From the NCBI GenBank assembly GCA_021790455.1, contig JAJYDY010000001.1, positions 1 through 51,276 of the forward strand: 51,276 nt of DNA, written 5' to 3'. A program made the position numbers and the translations under genes. The notes beneath the pieces were generated by a model that was not told where the DNA came from, made no database searches, and saw only the letters and a list, made by a program, of their open reading frames with translations. The number at the start of each line of letters is the position of its first letter. Position 1 is the first letter of the stretch. This document shows positions 16,883 to 25,610 of this stretch, piece after piece. The stretch is from Candidatus Micrarchaeota archaeon (lineage in GTDB: Archaea; Micrarchaeota; Micrarchaeia; Micrarchaeales; Micrarchaeaceae).

Positions 16883-17860
16883 TCACCACCTTATCTCTGC
16901 TGTGTCTATCCTATATTTCTGCTTGGTGCCGCAGTCCTTTGCTGAGTATTTCATTCCAGATTGCAGCATTTTCTCCGCAACAAGCGCAATCATCGCGCCG
17001 TTGTCTGCGTTTAGCTCGTTCGGCGCGACAAAAACCTTTGCTGCGTGCGATTCAGCCATCAGCCTCATCATCTCCCCGAGCCTTTTGCTCTGCGCCACTC
17101 CCCCAGAAAGGAGGATTTCATTCTTCTTCGTAAGGAGAAGCGCGCGCTCCGTCGCCTCGCAGAGCATTGCGAAGGCGGTTTCCTGCATCGAGTATGCGAC
17201 GTCTCTCGCGCTGTTCGTTCCCAGCTTCTTTACAGCGCTTGTGAGAAGGCCAGTGAACGTGAAGTCCATTCCCTTAACAGTATATGGCATGTCGATATAC
17301 TTTCCCCCTTCCGCAAGCTTCGCAACGCTCGATCCCCATGCTGGATTGAGCTTTGCCTCCCGCGCGAAGCTGTCGAGCATGTTCCCTACGCCGACGTCGA
17401 AGGTTTCCCCGAATATGTGGTAGTGCCTGAAAGGCTCGTCAACCAATCCGAGAATCTGCGAGTTGCCTCCGCTGACATAAAGGACGATAGGGTCTTTTGC
17501 GCCGAAGCTCTGGCGCGTAGCCTCTATGTGCCCTACTGCATGATTGACTGGAAGTATAGGGATTCTGTAGCGCATTGAGAGTGCCAGCGCGGAGAGCTGC
17601 CCTATCCTGAGGCAAGGGCCAAGGCCAGGCCCTTTCGTGTATCCGACTGCATCGATGTCCTTCATCGTCATGCCTGCCTTCGAAAGAGCATTAGCCAAAA
17701 CAATTCCTATGTTCCCGGAGTGGAGGTCTGCAGCCTTTGCCGGGATTATGCCGGTGGTCCCTATTTCATACATGATCTTCTCGTTGGAGAGCACCTTTCC
17801 CTTCTCGACTATCCCCACCCCGAGGGTGTGGGCGCTGCTCTCGATTCCAAGTACTGCCAT
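16883..17860 (-). CDS. kae1: Kae1, tRNA N6-adenosine threonylcarbamoyltransferase
   Basis: MAVLGIESSAHTLGVGIV N-terminus, metal-binding NHAVGHIE, and ASKHA-fold motifs. I used the internal ATG at 17860; the 28 upstream codons of the ORF-track call overlap the preceding gene. Confidence 0.93.
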   Translation of the reverse strand: MAVLGIESSAHTLGVGIVEKGKVLSNEKIMYEIGTTGIIPAKAADLHSGNIGIVLANALSKAGMTMKDIDAVGYTKGPGLGPCLRIGQLSALALSMRYRIPILPVNHAVGHIEATRQSFGAKDPIVLYVSGGNSQILGLVDEPFRHYHIFGETFDVGVGNMLDSFAREAKLNPAWGSSVAKLAEGGKYIDMPYTVKGMDFTFTGLLTSAVKKLGTNSARDVAYSMQETAFAMLCEATERALLLTKKNEILLSGGVAQSKRLGEMMRLMAESHAAKVFVAPNELNADNGAMIALVAEKMLQSGMKYSAKDCGTKQKYRIDTAEIRW

Positions 17861-17861
17861 T

Positions 17862-18584
17862 TTATCCCTCGGTCTTTTCCACTGCCGCTTTAAGCGAGTC
17901 CCAACCCTGCTCATCAAGAGGATTAGATCCAAGATGCTGAACAAGCCACATCCCGCTTTTCCTTATCTCTTTTTTTGGCGAATATTGGCCAAGCCAATCC
18001 TTTGATGGTTTGCATTTCCTGCAGCGCGAAACGGTCCCGATGAGTCCGCTCTCTATTCCCGAGGAACCCATCCTGTCCTTTTCGCCGTTGACTATTATAT
18101 ATTTGAAGGAGAACTTTTCTCTCAATATTCTTGATATCCGCTTTTCGAGCTCTCTCTCCTTATCTATATTGCGCAGGTTGCTGAATTTCTTCCTGTTTTC
18201 CTTTGTCGTGTAATCTATCTCCCAGACCTTTAGATAATCATCCTTCTCTTTTGCAAGGAGCGCCCTTCCTATGTTCTTCCGGAATATGCTGCGTTCCTTT
18301 GGCGCTGGCTGGCCCTCGTTGAAGTCAAGCTTTTTCTCATCGAAGACGAAGTGCTCCATTATCCTGCTCTTGAAGTTGCCTTCCTTGTGCGTCCCGATCC
18401 TTACTATCCTTGGTTCATCTCCTCCATGCCCCCATAGCTCGCCTTCTTCATAGAAGAAATATACCCCGTCGTCGGGAAGATCTTCCAGTTTGAACGGCCA
18501 CCTGACGACTTTCAGCAGCCAAAGCTCTTCGTGGAGCCTTTTGCATGCGTCATCGTTTGTGGACTTGCCAAGAGCGGACTGCAT
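17862..18584 (-). CDS. GIY-YIG-like nuclease-domain protein (hypothetical)
   Basis: 240 aa. GVYFFYEEGELWGHGGDEPRIVRIGTHKEGNFKSRIMEH fits GIY-(x10-20)-YIG/RIG followed by a conserved Arg. C-terminal CRKCKPSKDW region. The stop lies 1 nt before the kae1 ATG. Confidence 0.5.
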   Translation of the reverse strand: MQSALGKSTNDDACKRLHEELWLLKVVRWPFKLEDLPDDGVYFFYEEGELWGHGGDEPRIVRIGTHKEGNFKSRIMEHFVFDEKKLDFNEGQPAPKERSIFRKNIGRALLAKEKDDYLKVWEIDYTTKENRKKFSNLRNIDKERELEKRISRILREKFSFKYIIVNGEKDRMGSSGIESGLIGTVSRCRKCKPSKDWLGQYSPKKEIRKSGMWLVQHLGSNPLDEQGWDSLKAAVEKTEG

Positions 18585-18985
18585 TATCTCACTGTCTCTT
18601 CCAGATGTGTTATTGCCTTTACCTTTCCTTTCAGTGCGCTCGCATCAATTAGCCTTTTGTATAGCCTGTGGAAGCGTCCTGGATTATAATAGAAAAGTAT
18701 CTCGTCGTATTTGCTTAACTTCATGTCAAAATCCCTGACAAGGTCTGCAAACTCGTCGACATTCACGCTGTTCTGGTCCTTTTCGTACCAATCGTTTTCT
18801 GTGTCGAAGAACCAGACTCCGTGCTTGTCCGAGAATATCGCCCGTTCAACTCCCTGTTGTTTGCACCTGTTCATGAAGCGCCTTGTCGGGGCTGCGGTGT
18901 AGAGCCTGTACGGCGTAGTTTTGACATTTGATTCTTTGAAGGAGCCGTCCTTCTTCGCTGAACAATGAGTTACGTAGACCTTCAT
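18584..18985 (-). CDS. Hypothetical protein with an N-terminal C-S-x-x-K motif
   Basis: 133 aa (MKVYVTHCSAKKDG...). It overlaps the next gene by 1 nt (TAATG). I recall a DUF family with a conserved N-terminal CSxxK but cannot verify membership. Confidence 0.5.
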   Translation of the reverse strand: MKVYVTHCSAKKDGSFKESNVKTTPYRLYTAAPTRRFMNRCKQQGVERAIFSDKHGVWFFDTENDWYEKDQNSVNVDEFADLVRDFDMKLSKYDEILFYYNPGRFHRLYKRLIDASALKGKVKAITHLEETVR

Positions 18986-19004
18986 GATTCTGCTTTGTCT
19001 TTAA

Positions 19005-19015
19005 GGTATAAAAAC
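19005..19015 (-). promoter_or_regulatory. TATA-like box upstream of the cassette-kae1-bud32 operon
   Basis: The minus strand reads gtttttatacc, about 20-25 nt upstream of the ATG at 18985, in the 41-nt gap after the sui1 stop. Confidence 0.35.
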
Positions 19016-19026
19016 AGATACAAAGC

Positions 19027-19332
19027 TCAGGCAACGTCTATGTTCCCTTCCTTGTAGCCCAGCTTTATCAGCGTCTTCTTCACCGCTTCCTTGTGCTCCC
19101 CCTGCAGCTCTATCGTGCCGTCCCTGTCTGTCCCCCCGCATGCGAGCGCCCTCTTCAGCTCCTTTGTAGTCCTGGCTATCTCATCCGGGTTTATGCCCTC
19201 TATCACGGTCATGTACTTGTCGAATTTCGCCTTCTTCTGGTAGACGCGGATCTTGGTCTCGGTCTCCCTATCAAGCACTTTGCAAACGCATAGTTCAAGG
19301 GGCAGGCCGCAGTTGGGACAAGTGTCTGGCAT
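19027..19332 (-). CDS. sui1: Translation initiation factor aIF1/SUI1
   Basis: 101 aa with an N-terminal CPNCGLPLELCVC zinc knuckle and a SUI1 fold (MTVIEGI...KELKRALACGGT...IELQGEH). Confidence 0.9.
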   Translation of the reverse strand: MPDTCPNCGLPLELCVCKVLDRETETKIRVYQKKAKFDKYMTVIEGINPDEIARTTKELKRALACGGTDRDGTIELQGEHKEAVKKTLIKLGYKEGNIDVA

Positions 19333-19538
19333 TATACCTTTACACCCCTCTCCTTGAGGATTGTCTTGATTCTCGCAACGGTTCTCTTTATCTCGCGGGT
19401 CTTCACTACCTTGCTCGCCACTCCAGTCGAGGCGATCTTCCTCCGCTCTATTCCAAGCTCAAGGGATAGCTCATTCAGCTTTACCTTCAGCGCAGAATCA
19501 GGTAGTGCCCTTATGTCTTTTGCCTTTATTTCCAACAC
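19332..19538 (-). CDS. rpl29: Ribosomal protein uL29
   Basis: 68 aa with the typical uL29 pattern (IRALPDSALKVKLNELSLEL...REIKRTVARIKTIL). Overlaps the sui1 start by 1 nt. Confidence 0.85.
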   Translation of the reverse strand: MLEIKAKDIRALPDSALKVKLNELSLELGIERRKIASTGVASKVVKTREIKRTVARIKTILKERGVKV

Positions 19539-19665
19539 CTAATACAATCAGTAAAGGTATTCTGAGGATTTAGATATAAAAAGCTTGCTGTGGCGGCTGC
19601 TTGGAGTGCCGCATAAGCTTTAAAGCCCTTAATGTCGTATCTTAGTTTGCGATTTGTAGTGATCC

Positions 19666-21711
19666 ATGATGGCCAAGAGGGCGATATCTAGGAAGGATGT
19701 TGAGCCTGTCGCTGCTCCGGCACCGGCTGCGCAGGCAAAGGCAGCGGCTGCTGAAAAAAAGCAGGAGAAGCACATAACTCTCAAGAACCTGAAGAGCACT
19801 GCTGATGTGCAGATCCCTGGCAAGCTGATAGACCAGGTTGTCGGGCAGGAGAACGCTGTCAAGATAATAAAGAAGGCTGCAAAGCAGAGGAGGCATGTGC
19901 TGCTTATCGGTTCGCCAGGAACCGGCAAGACGATGCTAGCCCAGGCAATGGCTGAGATGCTTCCCATAACAGACCTTGAGGACGTGCTTGTCTACAGGAA
20001 TGTAAATGACGAGAACGTCCCTATAATAAAGGCGGTCAAGACTTATCCGCACCCGGCAGAGGGGGAAAAGCTCGGTGACGGGCAGGGGAGGCAAATACTG
20101 CAGAGGGAGAGGGCGAAGAACAGGATGACGCTCACCCGCGGAGGGTCCATGATAACTCCGATAATCCTGCTTGTTGTAATCATACTCATAGGAATATCTC
20201 TTTCAGGCCTTGTCAGCGGATACGAAATCATAGTAATCGCAGCGCTAATACTCGGGATACTCGTCTTCGGCTCTATCGCGCTCTTCACGTCTGGACTGAC
20301 CAGGAGGGCAGGGCTCCCGGGAATGGGCGACTTCAATGAGCCGAAGCTGATAGTAGACAATACAGGCATGGTGCACGCCCCATACCAGGATGCGACAGGC
20401 TCCAGGGCAGGCGCAATCTTCGGAGACATCAAGCACGATCCGCTCCAGAGCGGAGGGCTTGGCACACCCGCGCACCTGAGGGTTGAGAGCGGGGCTGTGC
20501 ACAAGGCGAACAAAGGCGTCCTTTACATAGACGAGATATCAAGGCTGGAGCCGAAGTCTCAGCAGGATCTCCTAACAGCGATGCAGGAAAAGAAATACTC
20601 GATAACGGGGCAGAGCGAGATGAGCTCCGGCGCGCTTGTCAAGACAGAGCCGGTGCCGTGCGATTTCATACTTGTGGCGGCAGGAAACCTCGGAGATGTG
20701 CAGCACATGCACCCGGCACTTCGTTCTAGGATAAGGGGCTATGGTTATGAGGTATACATGGATGAATCGCTAGCAGACACGCCAGCCAACGAGGAGAAGA
20801 TAATACAGTTCATAGCGCAGGAGATAAAGAAGGATGGGAAGATACCGCACTTCGACAGGAGCGCGGTTGAGGAAATGATAGAGGAGGCTCGGGTAAGGAG
20901 CGGAAGGAAGGGCAAGCTCACGCTGGTGCTCAGGGACCTTGGCGGGCTCGTGAGGGCAGCCGGCGACATAGCGGTTGAGAGGCACCATGCGCTTGTGACA
21001 AAAGACGATGTAATAGCGGGAAGGGACCTCGCGAATCCGATAGAGGCGCAGGTTGTTTCGCAGCTAGTCGAATACAGGAAGGAGTACCGCGTGTTCACGA
21101 CAAGGGGCTTCGCTGTCGGAAAGGTAAACGGCCTGGCGGTCGTAGGAGGCACTGTGCTTTCTCCCGGGATAGTCATGCCGATTGTCGCTGAGGTGACGCC
21201 GGCCGGTTCGCGTGCAGAAGGAAAATTCATACCGACAGGCAAGCTTGGAAGGATAGCGACAGAGGCTGTCAAGAACGTAAGTGCAATAATCAAGAAGCAT
21301 ATGGGAAGGGACATAGCAAATTACGACATGCATGTGCAGTTCCTGCAGGCATATGAGGGAGTGGAAGGCGACAGCGCAAGCATATCCGTGGCGATCAGCA
21401 TCATATCTGCTATGGAAGGAATACCCGTCGACCAGAGCGTCGCGATGACGGGATCGCTCTCAGTCAGGGGTGAGGTGCTGCCTGTCGGCGGGGTTACCAA
21501 CAAGGTTCGCGCCGCGATAAAGGACGGGATAGCTACCGTCATACTTCCTGCGAAGAACCTCGATGACGTTTATCTCAGCGCTGATCTCAGGAAGGAGGTG
21601 AAGCTGATTCCAGTAAAGACGATAGCCGAAGTGATAGAGCACGCCCTGAAGAGGACTAAACGAAGGGATGAGATAATAACAGAGCTCAGGAAGTACCTGA
21701 AGTCTTCGTAA
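19666..21711 (+). CDS. lonB: Archaeal membrane-bound Lon protease (LonB)
   Basis: Walker A GSPGTGKT. Two TM helices are inserted in the AAA+ module ([20 protein letters not shown]...[16 protein letters not shown]). Protease Ser motif GDSASIS and a downstream Lys. Confidence 0.93.
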   Translation: MMAKRAISRKDVEPVAAPAPAAQAKAAAAEKKQEKHITLKNLKSTADVQIPGKLIDQVVGQENAVKIIKKAAKQRRHVLLIGSPGTGKTMLAQAMAEMLPITDLEDVLVYRNVNDENVPIIKAVKTYPHPAEGEKLGDGQGRQILQRERAKNRMTLTRGGSMITPIILLVVIILIGISLSGLVSGYEIIVIAALILGILVFGSIALFTSGLTRRAGLPGMGDFNEPKLIVDNTGMVHAPYQDATGSRAGAIFGDIKHDPLQSGGLGTPAHLRVESGAVHKANKGVLYIDEISRLEPKSQQDLLTAMQEKKYSITGQSEMSSGALVKTEPVPCDFILVAAGNLGDVQHMHPALRSRIRGYGYEVYMDESLADTPANEEKIIQFIAQEIKKDGKIPHFDRSAVEEMIEEARVRSGRKGKLTLVLRDLGGLVRAAGDIAVERHHALVTKDDVIAGRDLANPIEAQVVSQLVEYRKEYRVFTTRGFAVGKVNGLAVVGGTVLSPGIVMPIVAEVTPAGSRAEGKFIPTGKLGRIATEAVKNVSAIIKKHMGRDIANYDMHVQFLQAYEGVEGDSASISVAISIISAMEGIPVDQSVAMTGSLSVRGEVLPVGGVTNKVRAAIKDGIATVILPAKNLDDVYLSADLRKEVKLIPVKTIAEVIEHALKRTKRRDEIITELRKYLKSS

Positions 21712-21724
21712 GCAGGGGAGCGGC

Positions 21725-22849
21725 ATGAAGGACGGAAAGAAGGATGAAAAGGGTAAGGACGGCAAGTCGAGAAAGGTACTGGAGGGTTTCGGAGAGGAGA
21801 TAGTAGACGAGATAAGGTCGAAGAGGGGTCCGAAGTTCAACACGCTTGCTAGGACAAAGTCAAACATAACGTTCGATGAGAAGAAGGGCTTCCTCACGGT
21901 TGGAAAGAACATGGAGGAGAGGAGCTTCATAAACATAGCGCAGAGCAAGCGCTTCATGCAGACCATTGCAATAGCTAACAAGTGCCACAAGTTCATAATC
22001 GAGAACCTTCATACAAGCATAAGAGGCCTGTTCTACCAGCTCAAGTACTCGCTTGGCGAGGATGTCGATGAGAACATATTCAGCGAGCAGAGCGAATCAA
22101 ACCCACTCATAGAGGACCTTGAAGCATCGCTGGGAATCAGGAGGGAGGATCTCAACCTGAATGCGACAAGGAAGGGAGTCCTCGTCGGCAACATGAAAGT
22201 CATGGACACGTTCGGCGGGGAGAAGATAGAGATAGACGCCAGCAGGATGGGAAGGAGCGGGTGGGCGATCCCGAGCGACGTTGACAATGAGATAGAGTTT
22301 GTAGGGGTAAAGGCGAAGTACGTCCTTGTCGTGGAGAAGGACGCAATCTGGCAGAGGCTAAACGAGGATGGATTCTGGAAGAAGGAGAACTGCATACTGC
22401 TCACTCCCGGCGGCCAGGCGACAAGGGGAACACGAAGGATGATAAGGAAGTTCGCTGACATGGGACTTCCCGTATATGTTTTCAACGACGGAGACGCGTG
22501 GGGGTGGTACATCTACTGGACGATCAAGACGGGTAGTATCAACCTGGCATACATAGGCGGCGACATAGCGACGCCGGAAGCCAGATTTATAGGAGTAACG
22601 ATGTCCGACCTGGAGAAATACGATTTCCTGAAGAAGATGACGCTCAAGGCAAGCGACGTCGACCTGAAGAGGGCGCAGGAGATGCTCAACTATCCCTGGA
22701 TAAACAGGCACAAAGAATGGGTCGAAGAGCTTAAGCTCGTCCTGAAGCTGAAGCAGAAGCTTGAGCAGGACACGCTGCAGGGTCCGCGCCTCACTTTTGT
22801 GGGCGACTACATCAGGGAGAAGATAAGGAACAGGGACTTCCTTCCGTAG
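21725..22849 (+). CDS. top6A: DNA topoisomerase VI subunit A (Spo11-like)
   Basis: 5Y-CAP region with RGLFYQLKY. Toprim motifs VVEKDAIWQRL and FNDGDAWGWYIY. No top6B is adjacent. Confidence 0.88.
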   Translation: MKDGKKDEKGKDGKSRKVLEGFGEEIVDEIRSKRGPKFNTLARTKSNITFDEKKGFLTVGKNMEERSFINIAQSKRFMQTIAIANKCHKFIIENLHTSIRGLFYQLKYSLGEDVDENIFSEQSESNPLIEDLEASLGIRREDLNLNATRKGVLVGNMKVMDTFGGEKIEIDASRMGRSGWAIPSDVDNEIEFVGVKAKYVLVVEKDAIWQRLNEDGFWKKENCILLTPGGQATRGTRRMIRKFADMGLPVYVFNDGDAWGWYIYWTIKTGSINLAYIGGDIATPEARFIGVTMSDLEKYDFLKKMTLKASDVDLKRAQEMLNYPWINRHKEWVEELKLVLKLKQKLEQDTLQGPRLTFVGDYIREKIRNRDFLP

Positions 22850-22900
22850 AAAGCCAAAGCCTTTTAAGCTTATTTTGAGTAGAGCTTTCAGGTAGGGATT

Positions 22901-23611
22901 ATGCGACCGAATCTAAATACTAAAGCGCAAAGCGCGATGGAATATCTCATGACCTATGGATGGGCCATACTTGTCATACTTGTCGTCCTTGGAATACTTT
23001 ATCTATTGCACGTGTTCAGCCCTAATTCAGTAATCGGCAGCCAGTGTATAGTGAACTTCGGATACCTGTGCGAGAACCCGATTATGTCGACCAGCGGAGA
23101 GCTGTCCGCGCTTGTAGGCCAGAATACGGGGCAGAACTATTATAATATAGCGCTGGCGTGCACGGCATCGACAAACTCAACATCAGGAGGACCTTTCACG
23201 AACGGCACCAGCCCATGGTATTATGTAAACAGCACTGGCTCGCTCAAAACCTCTTACAACTCAAGCAGCACGTACACGCTCTCGAGCGGAGGAAAGCTTA
23301 ACGTCAACAACCTGCCATGCTTCGGCACTACAGGAACCCTGTTAATGCCAGAGGCAGAGCATGCTCTGCGCGCAGTGTACTCGTTCTCGGGCTATAATGC
23401 ATCCACGACAACCACGACCACGAATACGACAACAACGAGCACCAGCACAATATCTATAGTAAAGGCCGGCGCAGTTCTCCCATTGAGCACGCAATTCAAC
23501 GGCAACCTCTGGATAAGGTACACCAAGAACCAGGGGACGCCTGGAAGCGCTGGCAACCCATGGAATGCAAAGCAGATCGCATATGTGACGGTTAGCGTCA
23601 CTTCTAGTTAA
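22901..23611 (+). CDS. Class III signal peptide (type IV pilin-like) protein, array member 1
   Basis: NTKAQSAMEYLMTYGWAILVILVVLGILYLL signal. Four conserved Cys (SQC..F.YLC, ALACTAS, NNLPCFG). Thr-rich linker STTTTTTNTTTTSTST, then LWIRYT...NPWNAKQIAYVTV. Confidence 0.85.
   Translation: MRPNLNTKAQSAMEYLMTYGWAILVILVVLGILYLLHVFSPNSVIGSQCIVNFGYLCENPIMSTSGELSALVGQNTGQNYYNIALACTASTNSTSGGPFTNGTSPWYYVNSTGSLKTSYNSSSTYTLSSGGKLNVNNLPCFGTTGTLLMPEAEHALRAVYSFSGYNASTTTTTTNTTTTSTSTISIVKAGAVLPLSTQFNGNLWIRYTKNQGTPGSAGNPWNAKQIAYVTVSVTSS
22921..23022 (+). repeat. 102-nt direct repeat, copy A (5' end of array member 1)
   Basis: 99/102 nt identical to 25640-25741 by manual alignment, although the rest of the two genes is much more diverged. 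Confidence 0.85.
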
Positions 23612-23622
23612 CCGGTGACTGA

Positions 23623-24375
23623 GTGATAAACGCGAAAACCAGAGCGCAAAGCGCCATGGAGTACCTCATGACCTATGGATGGGCGATAATCATCATCCTT
23701 GTCGTGCTTGGAATATTGTACCTGCTGAATGTGTTCACCCCGAACTCGCTCATAGGATCGGTGTGCACTCCGCAGTTCAAGTATGTCTGCCAGTCGGCAG
23801 TGCTTGCATCCGATGGGCAGCTATCATTCCTGTTCGGGCAGAACACCGGCTCTACCGAGTACAACCTCGCGTTCGCATGCACGGCAAGCTCTAACGTAAG
23901 CTCCGGCCAGCCCTATGTTGCAGGTGGAGGAAACCCTTGGGAGTACCTTGGTGCTGATGGATCGCTCTCGAATACCTACAGCCAAACAAATGCATATGTT
24001 CTCTACACGAACAAGTTCGTCTTTATAAACGGGATAACGTGCTATGACATAAACGGGATAGCGCTGAAGGGAAGCGCAGTGATAAGCAACGGCCATGTCC
24101 TTGAATCCTACGGTGCAATACTCGGCGGGGGTACGACTACAACAACAACTACAACCATCGCAGCCTTGACTTCGGTGCCTTCAGGGCTTGCAGTCGGGAC
24201 GCCGTTCACAGGGACGATATGGCTCAAGTATACGAACAAACCGGGACTTGCAAACACCACAAGCAATCCATATATAGTTATGCAGACCGCAACAGTTAGC
24301 ACAAGGATATCATCGTCACAGAGCTCGTCTACGACATCGACGACTACAACAGTACTCCTTGGACAGAAGATTTGA
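23623..24375 (+). CDS. Class III signal peptide (type IV pilin-like) protein, array member 2
   Basis: GTG start. TRAQSAMEYLMTYGWAIIIILVVLGILYLL signal, the 4-Cys pattern, GGGTTTTTTTT linker, IWLKYT...NPYIVMQTATVST, and a C-terminal S/T run. Confidence 0.85.
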   Translation: MINAKTRAQSAMEYLMTYGWAIIIILVVLGILYLLNVFTPNSLIGSVCTPQFKYVCQSAVLASDGQLSFLFGQNTGSTEYNLAFACTASSNVSSGQPYVAGGGNPWEYLGADGSLSNTYSQTNAYVLYTNKFVFINGITCYDINGIALKGSAVISNGHVLESYGAILGGGTTTTTTTTIAALTSVPSGLAVGTPFTGTIWLKYTNKPGLANTTSNPYIVMQTATVSTRISSSQSSSTTSTTTTVLLGQKI

Positions 24376-24393
24376 TACGCCAATGGTGAATAT

Positions 24394-25008
24394 TTGGAAA
24401 ACGGCAACATGAGAGCGCAAAGCGCGATGGAGTACCTCATGACCTATGGATGGGCGATAATCATCATCCTCGTCGTGCTCGGTGTCCTTTACCTGTTGAA
24501 CGTATTCAATCCGGGTGGGCTCGTTGGGACCACTTGCGCTGCCAATTTCAAGTATGAATGCCTCATTCCTTACATAACAACGAACGGGCTCTTGACATTC
24601 ACGTTCGGGCAGAACACAGGCTCTACCGAGTACAACCTCGCATTCGCTTGCACGAATGCGCAGAACGCAACGACGGGAGAGCCGTTTGCGAACCTCACAA
24701 AAGCCAATTCCGGAGGTGTCTGGTACTATATGAATTCCACCGGCTCCCTTATGCAAACTAAATCCCTCTCTTTTGGTGCGCCGAGGTTCATGCAGAGCGA
24801 GCAGACAATCACAGTGAATAGCCTGCAGTGCTTCGACCAGAACGGGAATGTCCCGAATTCGCCATACTCATCGAAAGTGCAGGTGGGCGCGCCGATAACG
24901 GAAAGGATATGGGTGAAATTCACCACTGCGCCTGGTGCGAACAGCACATCCAATCCTTACATAGATACGCAGGTTGCGACCCTTAGCACTACAGTAGGTG
25001 TATCATAA
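24394..25008 (+). CDS. Class III signal peptide (type IV pilin-like) protein, array member 3
   Basis: TTG at 24394 or ATG at 24409 (MRAQSAMEYLMTYGWAIIIILVVLGVLYLL). 4-Cys pattern and IWVKFT...NPYIDTQVATLST. Confidence 0.85.
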   Translation: MENGNMRAQSAMEYLMTYGWAIIIILVVLGVLYLLNVFNPGGLVGTTCAANFKYECLIPYITTNGLLTFTFGQNTGSTEYNLAFACTNAQNATTGEPFANLTKANSGGVWYYMNSTGSLMQTKSLSFGAPRFMQSEQTITVNSLQCFDQNGNVPNSPYSSKVQVGAPITERIWVKFTTAPGANSTSNPYIDTQVATLSTTVGVS

Positions 25009-25610
25009 TGAACTATATAAGTGGAAACGGGAAGGGGCAGAGCGCAATCGAATACCTCATGACCTATGGGTGGGCGATAATCATCATAGTGATAGTGCTT
25101 GCAGTCCTCTACCTGTTCAACGTATTCAATCCTTCGGGATACGTAGGCAATACCTGCTCACCGAGCACGAAGTTCCTTTGCCAGCTCCCTACTATAAATG
25201 CGACAGGTGCCCTCTCGTTCGAGTTTGCGCAGACCAGCGGAAACATAGAATACAACCTTGCGTTTGCATGCGCACAGGCGACAAACTTAACTGCTGGAGG
25301 ACCGTTCGCAAATAAAACTAGCCCGTGGGAATATGCAAACCTCAACGGAAACGTGAGCGCAGTGCAGCTCGTTCCTTCGAATTCTCTATCGCTCGACAGC
25401 GGAACTATTTCCACGATAAGAAAGCTTCAGTGCTATGACATTAATGGGAATCCGCTTGGCACTTCATTGGCACCTTTGCCGATCGGAACGCAGATCAGTG
25501 GAAAAGTCTGGGTGGAGTACACGGATGGCCCTGGCGCGAACAGCGTGTCCAATCCTTACCTGATTTCGCTGGTCGGAACTGTTTCGGTCCAGACCGGGTC
25601 GGCTACCTGA
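25008..25610 (+). CDS. Class III signal peptide (type IV pilin-like) protein, array member 4
   Basis: TAATG overlap with member 3. GNGKGQSAIEYLMTYGWAIIIIVIVLAVLYLF contains a classical KG|Q cleavage context. 4-Cys pattern and VWVEYT...NPYLISLVGTVSV. Confidence 0.85.
   Translation: MNYISGNGKGQSAIEYLMTYGWAIIIIVIVLAVLYLFNVFNPSGYVGNTCSPSTKFLCQLPTINATGALSFEFAQTSGNIEYNLAFACAQATNLTAGGPFANKTSPWEYANLNGNVSAVQLVPSNSLSLDSGTISTIRKLQCYDINGNPLGTSLAPLPIGTQISGKVWVEYTDGPGANSVSNPYLISLVGTVSVQTGSAT

Noticed and set aside
16743-17578. Plus-strand ORFs of 226 and 177 aa
   Set aside because: They are antisense to kae1 and bud32, which have unambiguous family motifs.
17862-18985. Idea that the two unknown ORFs upstream of kae1 are the missing KEOPS subunits (Cgi121/Pcc1)
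   Set aside because: The sizes are roughly compatible for one of them only. The sequences show no resemblance to the Cgi121 or Pcc1 I remember, and the larger one carries a GIY-YIG-like motif instead. I kept it as a cassette finding.
19629-19967. 112-aa minus-strand ORF overlapping the start of lonB
   Set aside because: It is antisense to the Ala-rich N-terminus of LonB and has no motif. The intergenic promoter region upstream of lonB is better explained without it.
23401-23450. ACN-rich DNA runs resembling microsatellites or short repeat arrays (also near 10370-10440, 24131-24160, 42719-42760 and 44640-44700)
   Set aside because: They are in frame and encode poly-Thr/Ser interdomain linkers of secreted proteins. 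They are not spacer-repeat arrays, and no CRISPR-like periodicity with unique spacers is present anywhere in the window.
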